Source of the DNA: Eledone cirrhosa
Taxonomy: Eukaryota
NCBI GenBank assembly: GCA_964016885.1
Contig: OZ024740.1
Span: 395,808,001-395,872,000, forward strand
Length of the DNA: 64,000 nucleotides
Direction of reading: 5' to 3'
Part shown: piece after piece, positions 44,401 through 59,400 of the stretch
Layout of the letters: each line of letters opens with the position of its first letter
Numbering within the stretch: the stretch's first letter is position 1
Position numbers and translations under genes: made by a program
Notes under the pieces: model-generated
Database searches by the model: none
Seen by the model: only the letters and a program-made list of their open reading frames with translations
What the model was told of the DNA's origin: nothing

Positions 44401-47400
44401 TTTCTCAACACATGTAATGTGAACTACATTGATTTTTATTATCACTAATTGATTTCTATCTTAAGCACAAGTCCGCCACAAATTGTAGTGGATGGTACAA
44501 TCGATAATATAGGTCACACTTGACTGCTATTTATTTTCAGCTCCAGTAGGTTGAAAAGCGAAGTCCACATTATTTAACCTTAAGATGTAAATAAAAGCAA
44601 ACTTAAACACCACAAGGATTTTTATCTGACACTAGAGATTCTGCTGATCCAACAATGAGTTCCGATATTTGTGCTTTCACGAAATTAACAACATAACTGA
44701 AACAGAAGATCAAAACTATGTTTTTCATCTCTACTTACCGACAGTTACTATTGCTCCTAGCTAACTTCTACAAACTATTCACTAAAATGTTTACAAATCA
44801 CATTACTACTGACTTAGACTTCAATCAACCAAGGATACAGAAGTGGTTTTCAACAACTAATCATTTATAGGTCATAAATTAAGTTATTCAGAAACGTGGA
44901 AAATATAGATAACCATTGTGTTTAGGCTTTATTGATGAGAAAACATTGAAATCCCAACTGTACTTGAAGCTCTTCTAAATACAAATTACTAAGAAAATCA
45001 ATAGCCATGAATGAAGTTTAGGGAAATTCCTTTGCTGGCAACGAAGGGATTTTCTTTCTGAGTGAAATATAGGCTGTATGATGCCTGCATGCAAACTGCA
45101 ATGCTACATGACAATGAGACACAACTGCAGAAAACTTGCGAAAGCAAAAAAGAAATTAAATATGTTCCAATAGATGTGTACATGAATGATGTAATGTGCA
45201 AGAGAGAAAACTGTTTGTATGGACATGTAATGTATATGGAAGATGACAGCTACATAAAGAGGTACAGAGAAAAGTCAGTGGAAGAGGTAGACATAGAAAA
45301 ACATGGGATGAAGTAGTGAAAAACAACCTTATGAAACTAAACCTCGCAACAGATAACAAAAGACCATGAGGATTGATATCATGCAGTACTGAAGACTAGC
45401 ATAAAGAATGCAGTCTGCCCCATGTAGGCCTTACCTCCACTATTACTACTTAGTAGATATTCTCACCAGCACTGTACACCCCCAGCTCCACTCTATCCAG
45501 GACCACCCCAACTTTTCTTAAATCCTAACACACTAATCATAATTCCCTGGTAGCTGTTTCACATCACAGAACCTCTATGCTATTGGAGATCACACCTTCC
45601 CCTCACACTCAAAACTCTGCAAATCCCAGCATTTGATATGTGTCTCCTACCTGCCATACACCTGTGACTATACTTATAATCCTTCATACCTTCTCCCCAT
45701 CGCTCCACCCTTCTCTTAGAGTAGAGAAGGCTCTTCGATAAAGTCAACAACCAATAACCTCTCTAGTTCTCGTGCCATAAAAAATGCACTCTACACTCTG
45801 TAAGGTGGTTGCTGATAGAAAGAGCATCCAGCTGTAGAAACCATGCCAAAAAATATCAAGAGGACTCCAGTTATGTCAAGGGCACAACAACCACCCTCAT
45901 GCTGGTGTCATGATAAAATACCCAATGTACTCTGTAGTGTGTAAGAACATTATATATAATTACAGCCACAAACACCTCTTGCACAGATCAGCTGATGTAT
46001 TTAATACCCAGCCATCTTCTTAGTTTATATGCACACTGCCTATCATGCAAAATAACAGCATACTTCTATATACCATTGCAATGCTGTAAAGAACAATGTA
46101 AGCACTGTATAACTGACAAAGTGCTACAGATGAAATATCATTATAACTTTATAGCTTGGAAATGGATGGGCTCTACTAGGCTGACACTCTCATTATTGTA
46201 GAATGCACAAGGGGAGATGCTATATAGAAAGTCTGCTATAGTTATACAAGCCTATAAAAGCACATTAAATGAGCCAATGAAGAAGTCTCTATGTGGTCAC
46301 TCGGTGTACTAGAAATAGCAGCTAAGTTTCCCTAAAATCATTGGCCTACTATCTTTAAAAGTGGAAGGTGTTAAACAATGTAGCCCTAGATAAAACCTGA
46401 ATAAAAATTAGGATGGTCATGGCTAAAATGTATTTGATAAATGTCAACTAATTCTCCCTATTTATCATAGTTAAATAAGAAAAATAAAAAACTGAATAAA
46501 ATCAACAAAGTATAAAATGAATGAAACTGTTTTTCTTTTTGGAAAAACTCTTATAAAAATAATACAACTTACTTAGCAAGAACCTCTGCATGTTCTTCAA
46601 GCATATCTTCAGTCATAGGGGCAGGTTCTTGTGTCACAGGGATATACAGCTGTTCATTAATGTTTAAAAGCTTAGCATTGCCAAATGCACGTAAACGACC
46701 CTCTGGTTCAGTTGAAACATAAGACTCTCCACCCTGATCTTTCTCATCCTGTTTACTGCTGCTTGCTGTAGCATCAGCAACACTGCTGGATTCACTCAAT
46801 TCTTCAACCTCTGTATCTGCTTCAGACTTAGCAGCTTCTTTTTGCTGTTCATCACAATCAAAGAATTCTTCATCACTCCCTGAATAGCTGTCAATACTAG
46901 CTGAAGTCCGAGAGTCTGGTCGCATCAGATTATGCTTCATCAAGGGTGAAAGCCGACTGTGCATTTCTGCTGCTAACATACTGTGGCGTGGGGAATCCCA
47001 TGGACTGCTATCTTCCCCACTGCTATGACGATTATGATGAGGTGATGAGTTTTGTGGACTCCCTGTTCGAACATTTTCTAACGACTGCATTTCCCTCTTC
47101 CTTCTTTTTTCAATACAGCAATTCAGCATCTACAAACATTTCAGAAATGTCAATAAGAAATTACAATACTTAAAAGAATTTGCTGAACAATGTGGCTTAA
47201 CCCTTTTGTGATTTCTAAAGAAATCCACTGCCTATGATTTGTAAATAATTTTGAAAATAATCAAGAATTAGCTTCTCCAATTTCTACCACTCTCTTTATT
47301 TCTCTCTTTCCCTTTCATACCATTTGTTTTTCTTTTAGAATTTCTCCATTCACCTTTTAATTACATCACTGTCAGTGTCTTTTTCCTTAACTGTTTTGTT

Positions 47401-50400
47401 ACTTTATTTCTCTATCATTTACTTCCTTTCTGTCACTCATTTTATCACTCTATATAACTATCTCTCTAGCTAGCTCTCATTCTATCACTATCTATCTGAT
47501 ATCATGCCCCTTATAATAATAATAATAATGAAATTATTGTGTAAAGTGCTCAGGTGTACTACAACTCGTCAAAGGTGCATGCACAGCACATAGAACAATA
47601 TACAAATGTCAGGGAAGTGAACAGTGTATGAGTCATGATATACATGTGTGTATGTGTATGGAGGGGGAACATTAGGTGTAGTGTTGGCGAATCTCGGGAA
47701 GCATGGAGGTTTTAAAGGATGCAGTGTCTCGACAGCTAACAGCTGATGCAGGTAGTTTGTTCCATGCTTCAGCAACTCTGAGCGTGAAAAAATGATTCCG
47801 AAAGTCATGGGCTGTGCTGTTTTCTGACTTTGTGGGCATGTCCACGTGTGTTAGACACATGGAAATCAAAAAGGTACTCAGGGTTGTTGTTGGCAAGATG
47901 GTTAACAATTTTGTGGCTGTTTACCAAGTCAGTTGCCAGGCGTTGAAGCTTCAATGTATCCATGCCCAGAGAAGCAAGGCGTTCAGAGTATGGTAGATGC
48001 CTGATGGAGGGTATTCGCTTGGTTGCACGTCTCTGAACAGTTTCCAGGCGGTCAATGTTCTGAGCAAGATAGGGGTTCCAGACTGGTGATGCAAATTCTA
48101 AGTGTGGCCGCACCATAGCCATGTACTTATAATTTACTGTTCTTTTATATTTCCCTTAAGTTCATTCCCCTTTATATCTTATATTCTTTTCCACCCCCTT
48201 TCATTCATTCTCTTTATATCTTACATTTTTCTCACTCCTACCTCTCTCACTTCCTCACACCTCTCCCTATTTTGTGTGTGTTCCTCCATGTAAGTTCGTT
48301 CACCATCCATATTTTGGCTTTGCTTAACTTTCAGCATATGAGAAACGTTTTTCCTCCAAAACAAATATTCACTTCCTCTCCTACCTTTACATTGCTTTTT
48401 CTCTCACCATACAAACACCAACACACTGATATATAGTTACATAAGAGACCACCACATTTATCCACACATGGTTTCATATATATATTTAACAGTCATGCAC
48501 ACTTTATTTACATTTACTTTCTAACATTTGTGTATATTCAGTCACAAAGATTCTGAGAAATATATTTGCACAATATCTGTCTCTAGCATCTCTCTATATA
48601 CGTATATACGAATGTGGATGTCAAACGTATATAATTCCTACATTTGTGCTGGTGTCATAATAAAATGCACCCAGCCATGAAAAAAGCCCCCAATCAGGAG
48701 GTAGTGATTGTGTCACAAGAGAAGGAGCCCGCCCGGTACACACTGTTATGTGGTCGGTGTTAGGAAGGGCATCAAACCACAGAAACCATACCATAATGGA
48801 ACATAAGCACAAGACAGTCACTTGACTTATCTGTCTGGCCTTAGAACATGACAACCCATCTAACCAATGCAAGCATATTTAAACTATAATAAAGAAAGGA
48901 GTGCGAGACTCCATCCAGAATATATTTTTTACCCCGTTTATAAAATAAGTTGGATTACTTTGAATAAACAATGAATGAATATTACATAATTTGTCTACTA
49001 AATTTTGTTACTCTTGATTAAATATAAATAATTTTGTTGCTTATTTTAAGATTCACTTCTTTAAAATGTTCAAATGTCAACACTTCCGGTTAGCGATTGC
49101 TTAATTAAACATTCAGTGTAACGCAGTCTCCGTTCAATTTCTGTGCATATTGTCAATTACGATTTTATTTGATGTATCATATCTACATGTATATATACTT
49201 GTGTATAATATCAATATGCACACTACACATGCTAGCAGAAAACCACCCGAACGGTGGTTTTTCTGCTAGTATATATAATTACATATACATTTATACACAG
49301 TATCTGTTCACCAAATTTGTCATATGACATTGGTCAACCTGAGGCTCTCATTTACCTTCTCAACTTGGTGTATTTCACAATACATCCTCTTATTCTCATG
49401 CAAAAATACACTAAATAATCGCTATATATAGAAGCCTATGTCACTGCCAAAACGTTATTTTTAAGACATGGCACTAGCATAATAATAAATAAAACATAAA
49501 TATTATGATAACAATAAGAAAGAAGGAAGAATTCTCTTTACTCACCTGCAATTTCTGGTGAAGAATACAGCTCCCCATGTTTGGAGGACCAGACTCAATT
49601 CTGATAACCAAGTGAAATAGAGTATATTTTGAGAGAATGAGAGATACATTTTAATTCTTCTATGAAAATCTCAAAAAAATAATCTAAGTCAACCAATTTC
49701 AATATAAATCTAACACATCACCAATCTATTACAAACTGTTAGAAGCCTTTGAAGATCTTTACCTCCTCATAAAATATATTAAATTCCAGAAGGTTCAAAA
49801 CCAGTTCCAGTTGTATCTGAATTCTAAATGCCAGAGCATTAGGAATTCTGAAAAAATCTTCATCCAAGCTGATAATGCTAAAACTCTGTATGAAATCAAC
49901 TAGACTACATACCACCAGTTAGTCTCTAGTGCAATTACAAGAATATATAAAATAAAACTTAAATGAAATAATCACTAGAGGAAGGATTATTACAGCACTC
50001 CTCCAAATGGATGATTGTATAGAACCACTTAAACCAACATACCCACACCCTACTCTCAAGAACCATGAGCCAAACTTTGATGTGAAACCAACAGTCTGGC
50101 TTATAACCTAGCAAAATCTAAGAGACTAATAGGATCTTGGATAAGTTTATGCCCAAAATCTGACATGCTTCACCTCTTTTCTCCAGAGAAACACCTTTAA
50201 GTGATACAATGGTTCAGATTTATATCAGACTCATAGTTTCATATTTAAAATTACTATGCATCAATTACTAAACTGCTGATTATCAAAATCCTATCATTTG
50301 CCAAATCTATCAGTTATTCTATATGCAAAAATACTCAGGTAAATCCTTTGACATCGGTATGAGGCAAATGATTTGGTAGAAGTCAGTGACCTCAATGGGT

Positions 50401-53400
50401 TATACATTTTCTACAACCGGGGGATCCATTTCACAGGCATTATGCGAGTTCTATACTGGAATGATGAACTATTGACGCTTTATAAAGTTTACACACAGAC
50501 TTCTGATAAATTTACAAAGAACATATATTCTTCTTCAAAAAAAGTTTACAAAATACCATTCAAACTAACTTAACTTGAGCAAATTTCCTCAATGTTACTT
50601 TAGACTTATCAAAATATGATGGAAGTGGTAAAATTGACATTCTACAAGAATGTAATAAAATAATGATTTCTAATATAAGCACAAGACCAAATGGGGAGGA
50701 AACTATTGATTATATAAGGCAGTAGTTAACTAGTACTTATTTTATAAAAAGCAGATGTAAGAAAGACATTCTAATTTGGAATATAATGTGACACAACTAA
50801 ATACCACAAAGTTCAATACTACCATTACAACCAATCCAGAAAATGGCTAGCAAGATATGATACAACTGGGGGAAAATATCTAGAAAGATGTGATAAAAAG
50901 TAACTAAAAATGTGATACAATTAGAAGCAAGATGTGAAATATATGATTGAATAGAAATAAGTTCTTTACCCAGAGATTAGGTAATTATTGTCAAGACGAT
51001 AACGTAATTCCAGCACAATTTCTTGCCATAGCTGTGCCACTGCTTTCCAACCACCATGATTTCGGTTTATCAGGCACAAACTTGTGGCCATTCGTGTAGT
51101 GAGGCTATCTAGTGGTGCAGATTTTAGCTGTTTAGCCAATTCCTAAAACAAAAAGACAAAATATTAATCCTCTGTAAGATGAAGATAAAATGGTAAAACA
51201 ATAATTTTAGAAATCATTAAAATTAGAATCACATTTTCTTTATATATTTTAAGGTTATCATATACCCCTACTCTTTAATTGTCACTGCCTCCCCTCCCCA
51301 ACCAAGCCCAGGACACAATGAGCACCCTAATGTCATAATGAGGTAGCACATAATGAGTAAAGTGGTAGTGCTAGTGCCACAACAAAAAGTACCCAGTCCA
51401 CTCTGTAAGGTGGTAGTACTGGTATTACAATAAAAAGAACCCAGTCTAGAGGTTGTAAGAAATACAGCAGTAGAAGCAGAATGGGACTTAATAGGGGCAA
51501 ATTGGATGCCTTGATTGTACTAGTGGTCAGGTCTTTTCCAGCACTATGTGCCAAAAATCATCACAATCTTTTGTAATCTCTGTCATGAGGTTTAGCTTCT
51601 TGAAGTCAGTCTTCACCACATCATTCCATGTTATCCTGGGTCTGATATAATGAAGAGATACAATGATGATGTACAGAGTTTCACATATTCAATATAAAAA
51701 GAGGTCTGATAAGATTGAAATATGTCTATTGTTTTTACCAAATGGCTTTAAAAGCAAGATCCATTCCTAGCTGTATTGTCTTTATTTTCTAAAAAATTGG
51801 ATTATCCATACGGGGTCGATAAAATAAAGTACCAGTAATGTACTGGGTAATTGCTGGCCTTGTGCCAATAGTAGAAACAATTATTAGTGAATATTATTTG
51901 TGTTATCTCTCTAGCTTGTTTTTATATTTTAAACAAACCACCCCACACCCCACCAAAGAAGATTTTGTATTCTAAGTCTAATTGCAAAGATAATTTAAGT
52001 TATTGGAAGTTTATCTACTAACTATATTAAACATGTGAGACTCTATTGTGTTTGTGTTTACCATGTCGAACACTCCCCTCAGGTATTTACTCTCAGTCCC
52101 TTTGTTGATATAATATTTTCAATCAGCTATAGTAGTTGCCTGATACTTATTTATTAACCTTGGACAAACAAATTTGAACTCAAAACACAAAGGCGCAGAA
52201 CTAAACTATGAAACCAAACAGTAAATGGGGCAATGAGACAGCCACTACATCGTTGCCCAAAAGAGTAAACTATTCTCTCTCAAATCACTCCCTAAAATAA
52301 AGGATACTTTAGACCTTGACATACAAAAAGATGGAATAATGATGATCTGCAGCTGAAAAACAATAGCAGATAAGTGAGGCTACCATTTTTGCTGCACCAC
52401 TGTCACTTAGAAAAACCAATAGTGACAGCATCTCTAATACCAGTGGCACAATGAAATACACCTAGTCTATGCTCTGGAGTGATTGATGTTATTGGGTGAG
52501 CACTCAGTTATAATAATCATGCAAAAAGTGAAGGAACTAACAGAAGAGACATTGACTCCACAGGATGCATGCCAGCAACTCATCTAAGAGAACAATAACT
52601 CCAAGCAAAAACTGATACAGAGTAGAGAAGACTTTTTAGGCTTGCTGCAGACGTTGTTAGTACCCATGGCACAAACACATTTACCCAGTGTGTGCTGTAA
52701 AGAGGTTGGTAGTGGTAGAAATATTTAGTCGAAATACACATGCAAAAAACACAACAATTAAGCTGTCCGGCTGCTGTGTGTGCCAGATGACTAAGGACAA
52801 TGATTAGTGGTGAGATGACGTGAGTCCTGCCCAATACATGCCAGTTTGGGATGATTGAGAAAATTACCTAGTAAAAGAGAATGTTAATGAAACTGACCTG
52901 TTTTAACTCTACTCTTGAAAGAGGAACTTCAAAGTAATCTTCAGAAGATTGGTTGATGGTATCAAGATCTTGGTCAGGACGGGCATCAGGAAAGAGGAAC
53001 TGGAAGTTTTGTAAAAAAAAAAAATTAGGCCATTAAAAACCAAATGTAAAATTTGCTTTGAGGGAACAGAAGGTTAAAAGTACACAAAAAGAACCCTTAA
53101 CCTATTTCATGATCAAAGAACCATTTGAAATGTTTATTACCATGTAGGGTATCTGGTTCACAATAAGTGAATATGACAAATATTACCCTTTTGCAAAAGA
53201 TATTCATATAATGTAAGAAAAGTACTATTGTCTCCAAAAGGAATTTTAAAGGATGATACTTAGCTCAGGCTTCATAACATCAAGCATGTCAGGCACAAAT
53301 CTACTCTTGGATAGTATACCTGTATAACTTAGTTAATATTCCCAGATGATATGGTACATATTCCCAAGAACTAAGTATGCAATAATATACCATACCTTTA

Positions 53401-56400
53401 CACTCAGCCATCTCACTTCTACAGGTAAAAAAACACACACACGCGTGTGTGCACGCACGGAAATATTTGACTGCAGTATTCCAAGCTAATTAAACATTCA
53501 CCAAATATACACAACTCCACTACTTACATTACTGAGTTATAAAAAGCTACAATAGTAGGCACAACTAGATGGACTGGCCTATTTGATAATTTGAAGTATT
53601 GACCACAGACACATTGATGTGCTAATAATGGTATTTGAATGATTGCCCTTTCATCTGGCAATCTTCAAACTCTTTAGTCTACAGACTAGAATAGCTGTGC
53701 TTTTCATGAACTGAGGGATATGACTGTCTGAATCTATAGAGCTCAACTATCCAAAAATATGAAGTTTAATAAGTTAAAATGTTGTGAGAAGTGTAGAATC
53801 TAATATCACTTAGGGTTATAGACATGTAAAATTTTACTTGCATAAACAACATTACTTTTTTTCTTTTTTACTCACTCTGAGGTGAAGACCAAAGCCTAAA
53901 ATGTTACATTTTAAACTTCTTGTGGCAATTGAATCCAATAAACTCTCCTTATGACTAAGTGTTGCCAATTCAAACAATCAACATTTTCATTAGATTCCAG
54001 ATTTTAACCCCTCCACAAGCATATTCTCAGTTTAACTGATTAAACTATAAACTTCTTTCCTTTTATTCTTTGTCAAAGTCTCTTGACACATAATGGAATC
54101 AACTATTTGACCTTTCATTAACAGAAGAATCCATCAATGAGTGATCAGCCATATTGACTAATAGATGAAACTAATAGGCTCTAATTCTTCTTCTAGACAC
54201 ACATGGGATAAAATCCACCTTGCAATCTATTGCACTTATCAAATTTATAGCTCTGCATGTTTAGTGGCACATTATCACCTCTTTCCCCACCACCACCGTT
54301 ACCACGCACTAACACTAATTCTTTCTACATGACAACTCTACACTTCATACAATACCAGAAGTTCTTTTTCTCCCCACCTTCACTATATACATGATTTTAT
54401 ATATAATTTAACAGTAGTCAGTATCTTTTGTGTCTACTCCAATGAAAGGCCTAGCTCAAAAGTCAAACTTCTCTTTCTCACTGAAAATTAACTTATTCCA
54501 CTTCGTGAACTTCATCCTAGATGAACTGTGTCATGGAAAGGTTGTGTTTCAAACACCTTCTCAGTTCAGTCGTATCAACAAGCTGTGAACATCTAACCTC
54601 CACACTCTCAGTAACATATTGGCAGTATCGGTAGAGGGTTGGACGCCATGCTTTGCAGCAAAGAGTTACTTCCCTTTACGGACTGAGTTCAAATCCCGCC
54701 GAGGTTAACTTTGCCTTTCATCCTTACGGGGTCGATAAAATAAAGTACCAGTAATGTACTGGATAATTGCTGGCCTTGTGCCAAAAGTAGAAACAATTAT
54801 ATACTTATAAGTGGAAACAACATAGAGGCCACTATGTGATTGCTTGACCTGATAGAAACAGCAGCTAAATCTTTAAACCCTAACTTAATGTCTTAAAAAA
54901 ATATACACATTGGTTCATATAGTGTTGAATACACTATGCCTGAAAAAATGTGGCACAACCATTGCTAAAATGCATTTGATCATGCCTGCATGATCAGTGT
55001 TGATTTGGGATTGAACAATAATAATATCAAGAACATATTTACAAATAAAATTTCATTGAAGAGAGGTGGTGCAATGGGACATTCAATGGTCTTCACTTTC
55101 ACTTTGCTGGTAGCTTGGGACATTACAGTTGAAAGTGATGGCACTGCAGGCTCTGTCAACCGATGCAGAGCTTGGCTAATGTCAGCAGATGAATCTGAAA
55201 GGCACAAAAATATACAAAAACAAGTATTAAATTATATTCCTATATGTGTATGTGCATATTACATTTTATTTTAATTTAATTTTAGACTCTACGATAATAC
55301 ACTTAAGAAATATATATAAAAATAATATGTATAAGATGACGGTAGACAGCCTAGTAATTAAAGTGTTGGTCTCATGATCATAAGGTCATGGATTCAATCA
55401 CCAAACTGGATGGAATACTATGTCCTTAAGCAATACAATTCACTTCATGATGCTCCAGACAACTTAGCTGAAAATGAGTCCCAGTTGAGAGTTAACCATG
55501 TGATGGACCAGCGCCCTTCCCAAAGGACAATGTTGTTCTCAGTCATTTAACACCACATACACTTTTTTAATAAGGTAAGAAGAATTTTTTATCTCTACTT
55601 CTACAAAATACATTTAACTTAATAAATATATACACACCACTACTCTCAATCTCATTAGGAGGTGATATCAATGCATATGCTGTATAGACCATCTTTATAC
55701 AAAATACAGACAACACAAAATCTAGTGAAATCATCACAAAAGGCCAAATAAAAACGTAAATGGAGTAGAGTCACATACTTATAATTACTCTTATAAGTTT
55801 AGAAAGACTTGTCTTTGGTATCAATAACCCACACATATCCCTCCTAAAATTACAACATGGATGCAGACCACTATCTCCAACTACCACACTACTTGTAAAC
55901 CTTACACAAAAATTTTATAAAAAAACCCACATGTACAACATTCTACCTGCTATACAATCCATCATTCACTACCCATTCATACACAAGAAACAATATCCAT
56001 TGACTCTTTTACTGGATTTAGTCATCAGACTGTATCCATGCTGGGGTACGCTTTAAAGTCAATCAAATCAACATCAGAATTTTTTTCAAGCCAAATTCTT
56101 ATTTTATCAATCTCTTTTACTCAAATGGATATAAACACAACACAAATGTAAACACTGACATTAACACATACATATATATATATACATATATAATCATCAT
56201 CATCACCATTTAACATCCATTTTCCATGCTAGCATGAGTTAGACGCGCTGTCCTATTTGAGGCAAGTGAAGGTCAGATGACCATGTCTTGCTCATACAGA
56301 ACCGATTTTGGCTTGGTTTCTACAGTTGGATCATCATCATCATCATCACCGTTTTACGTCCGTTCTTCCACGCTAGCATGGGTTAGACGGGTTGTCCTGT

Positions 56401-59400
56401 TGTGGGCAGTGTCTGGTCGGCTGACCATGCCTTGCTCATACAGGAACTGATTTGGCTTGATTTCTACAGCTGGATGCCCTTCCTAACACCAACCTCATTT
56501 ACAGTGAGTGCTGGGTGCTTTTTCGTGGCGCCTACACGTCCACTTTACAGTGTAGGCTGGGTGCTTTTTTGCCGTGGCACCTCCACGACCACCTTGCGGT
56601 GGGGGATGTGGGGGCATATTGTCTATATGCTTCAGCTTGTACCCATGGGAGGTCGGGTACTCTGTATTACTGCGTGACGCCAGAAGTCACGGTCGTGTGT
56701 CATTGTCTTTGAGAGGTGTAATTGGGTAAGGTCGGCTTTTATCACCTCATCCCAGGTCATCTTGGGTCTCCCCACTCCGCGGTTTACATCAACTTCTAGT
56801 GCTCTGCACCTTTTTATGCAGCTGTCATCTTTCATACGCATCACATGTCCATACCAGCGCAACCGCCTCTCCTGCACACAGCATTTGATTCCTTTATGCT
56901 CAGTCTCTCTCTCAATTCATTTATGCTTTGTCATTCACGTATATTACTGTTACACATCCATCGGAGCATGCAGGCTTCGTTTCTCTCTAATCTACGTAAG
57001 TCTTCCACCTTCAGCGCCCAGGTCTCACTACCATGCAACATCGCTGTTCGGATACACGCATCATACAGTCTGCCTTTCATTCTGAGAGAGAAGCCTTTTG
57101 CAGCTAGCAATGGTAGTAGTTCCCTAAACTTCTTCCATCCCGTTCTTACCCTAGTTATTGTACTTTCTGAACACCCACCTCCATTGCTAATTCGGTCACC
57201 TAGGTAGCAGAAGCTGTCTACTGTTTCTACAGGGCCCTCCCAGAGATTGGTGGTACTTGTTTCCTGTGGCTGTTTGCTGCTTGCTGTATGTGAATCCTAC
57301 ATTCTTAATTAAGCTTCCTGAGATCCCGCGACATTTCTTGTGTACCCATTGTTTGCATTTGGAGCAGAGAATGGGGTTCCTACCTATACCTTTCCTACAT
57401 ACTGAGCAAGGCCATTTCCCTGAGGGGATCTGGGTTCTGTTTTCTCATCTACTTACAAGGACCTTAGTCTTTGTCATGTTGACTTTGAGACCCTTTCTTT
57501 CTAGTCCCTGCTTCCAGGTTGGAATTTATTCTCTAGTTCTACCATAGATTCAGCTATGAGTGCGAGGTCATCAGCAGACAGGAGTTCCCATGGGCATCCG
57601 GTCTTAAACTCTTCCGTTATTGCCTGCAGGACTATGATGAACAGGAGAGGGCTAAGAACAGAGCCCTGGTGGGCCCCAACCTGTACGCTAAATTCCTCGC
57701 TATACTCATTGCTAATCCTAACTTTGCTGACTGCTCCCCTATACATGGCTTGTACCGCTTTCACAAGCCATTCATCTACTCCTAGTTTTCTTAGAGCCTA
57801 CCAGATTACAGCACGTGGAACTCTGTCAAAGGCTTTCTCAAGGTCGACAAATGCCAAGTAGAGTGGCTTACTTTTAGCTAGGTACTTTTCCTGTATGGCC
57901 CCTTCTAGTATTACCTGGTTAATGATACGTGTGGTTATAGTGTGACCTACAGACCCAGATGCCTTCAGCATCTCGGCAGCTATACCCGATGGACCGGTTG
58001 CCTTCCCCATCTTCATATCTTTGATTGCCTTACTTACTACGCTGCTGCTGACTTGTACTGCTGGTCTCTCTATAGGGTCTACTTGGGGTAGGGTCTCTTC
58101 TTCCCATGCATTCTCCTCATTTAGTAATCTATCATAATGACTCTTCCATGCATCTTTCTTCTCAGCACTTGTGAGGGCAAGCTCACCTTTATCATTCCGG
58201 ATACACTTCTCTCCAATGACATCACAACTATCTCTGACACACTGCCTCGCAATCTTGAATACCTCCTGTTTCTGGTCCTCACGTTGTAAAACATGCTTGA
58301 ATTTTCTATCCTCTGCTTCCCTCCTAGCTAAGTATACTTGTCGCCTAGCTTCCCTCTTGGTCTCTATGTAATGTACCCTGCTCCCTCCGTTCTTCCATTC
58401 TTTCCATGCCTGTCTCTTGGCCTTAACTGCTTCATCTACCTTATTGTTCCACCACCAAGTCACTCTCCTCCTGCTTGAGGTCTTACTCCAGCCACAGACC
58501 TCATCCGTTGCCTCTAGTAAATTATATTTTAGGAACTCCCAGTTCTCTTCTACATTAAATGTCTCTATCTGTTCTTCTTTACTGTCGTAGGCGTTGAGTA
58601 AAATATCTTTAAATCTGTTACTGGTTGAGGGGACTTTCAGCTTCCAGATCTTTCTTCTCCAGGTTGGCCTCTGTTTCCGGGTTCGTCTAGTTCTGACCGT
58701 GAGGTCGCTGACAACTAAGCTATGTTGGGATGTACATTCCTCACTAGGGAAGGCTTTTGTGTTTACGACCGTCCATCTGTCACGTCCTCTGATGAGGATA
58801 AAATCTAACTGACTAGAGTGCTCCCCTGATCTATATGCCCTTCCTAATGTCAACCACATTTACAGTGAGTACTGGGTGCTTTTTGTCATGACACCTACAT
58901 AACCACTTTACAGTGTGGGCTGGGTGCTTTTTGTTGACACCTACACGACCACACACACACATAAATATACAATGGGCTTCTGCCGTTTCTGTCTACCAAA
59001 TTTCACTTACAAGGCATTAATCAACTCAAGACTATAACAGAAAAGACTTGCCCAAGGTACTGTGCAGTGGGACTAAACCCAAAACCATATGGTTTAAAAT
59101 GAATTCCTTAACCACACAGCCATGCTTGGCTCACAAACTACATATTAGGTCACCAAAAATAACATCCAAAATTTCCAATTTCTTAAATGGAATAACACAA
59201 GGTTCCCTCCAATTTCCCACTTCTTTTTAACCTATATCTGTAACTCTTAAAAATGTACACAAAGCTTTATATACAGATATTATACTCACATCTTCTCATT
59301 ATTCTCCAAACAGTTGCACAAGCCTACTTAAATTACTGAGAATATGGTTCCAAAACTACCATTTACTAAATTCACTAGATACCAGCAACACCAGAGAATA

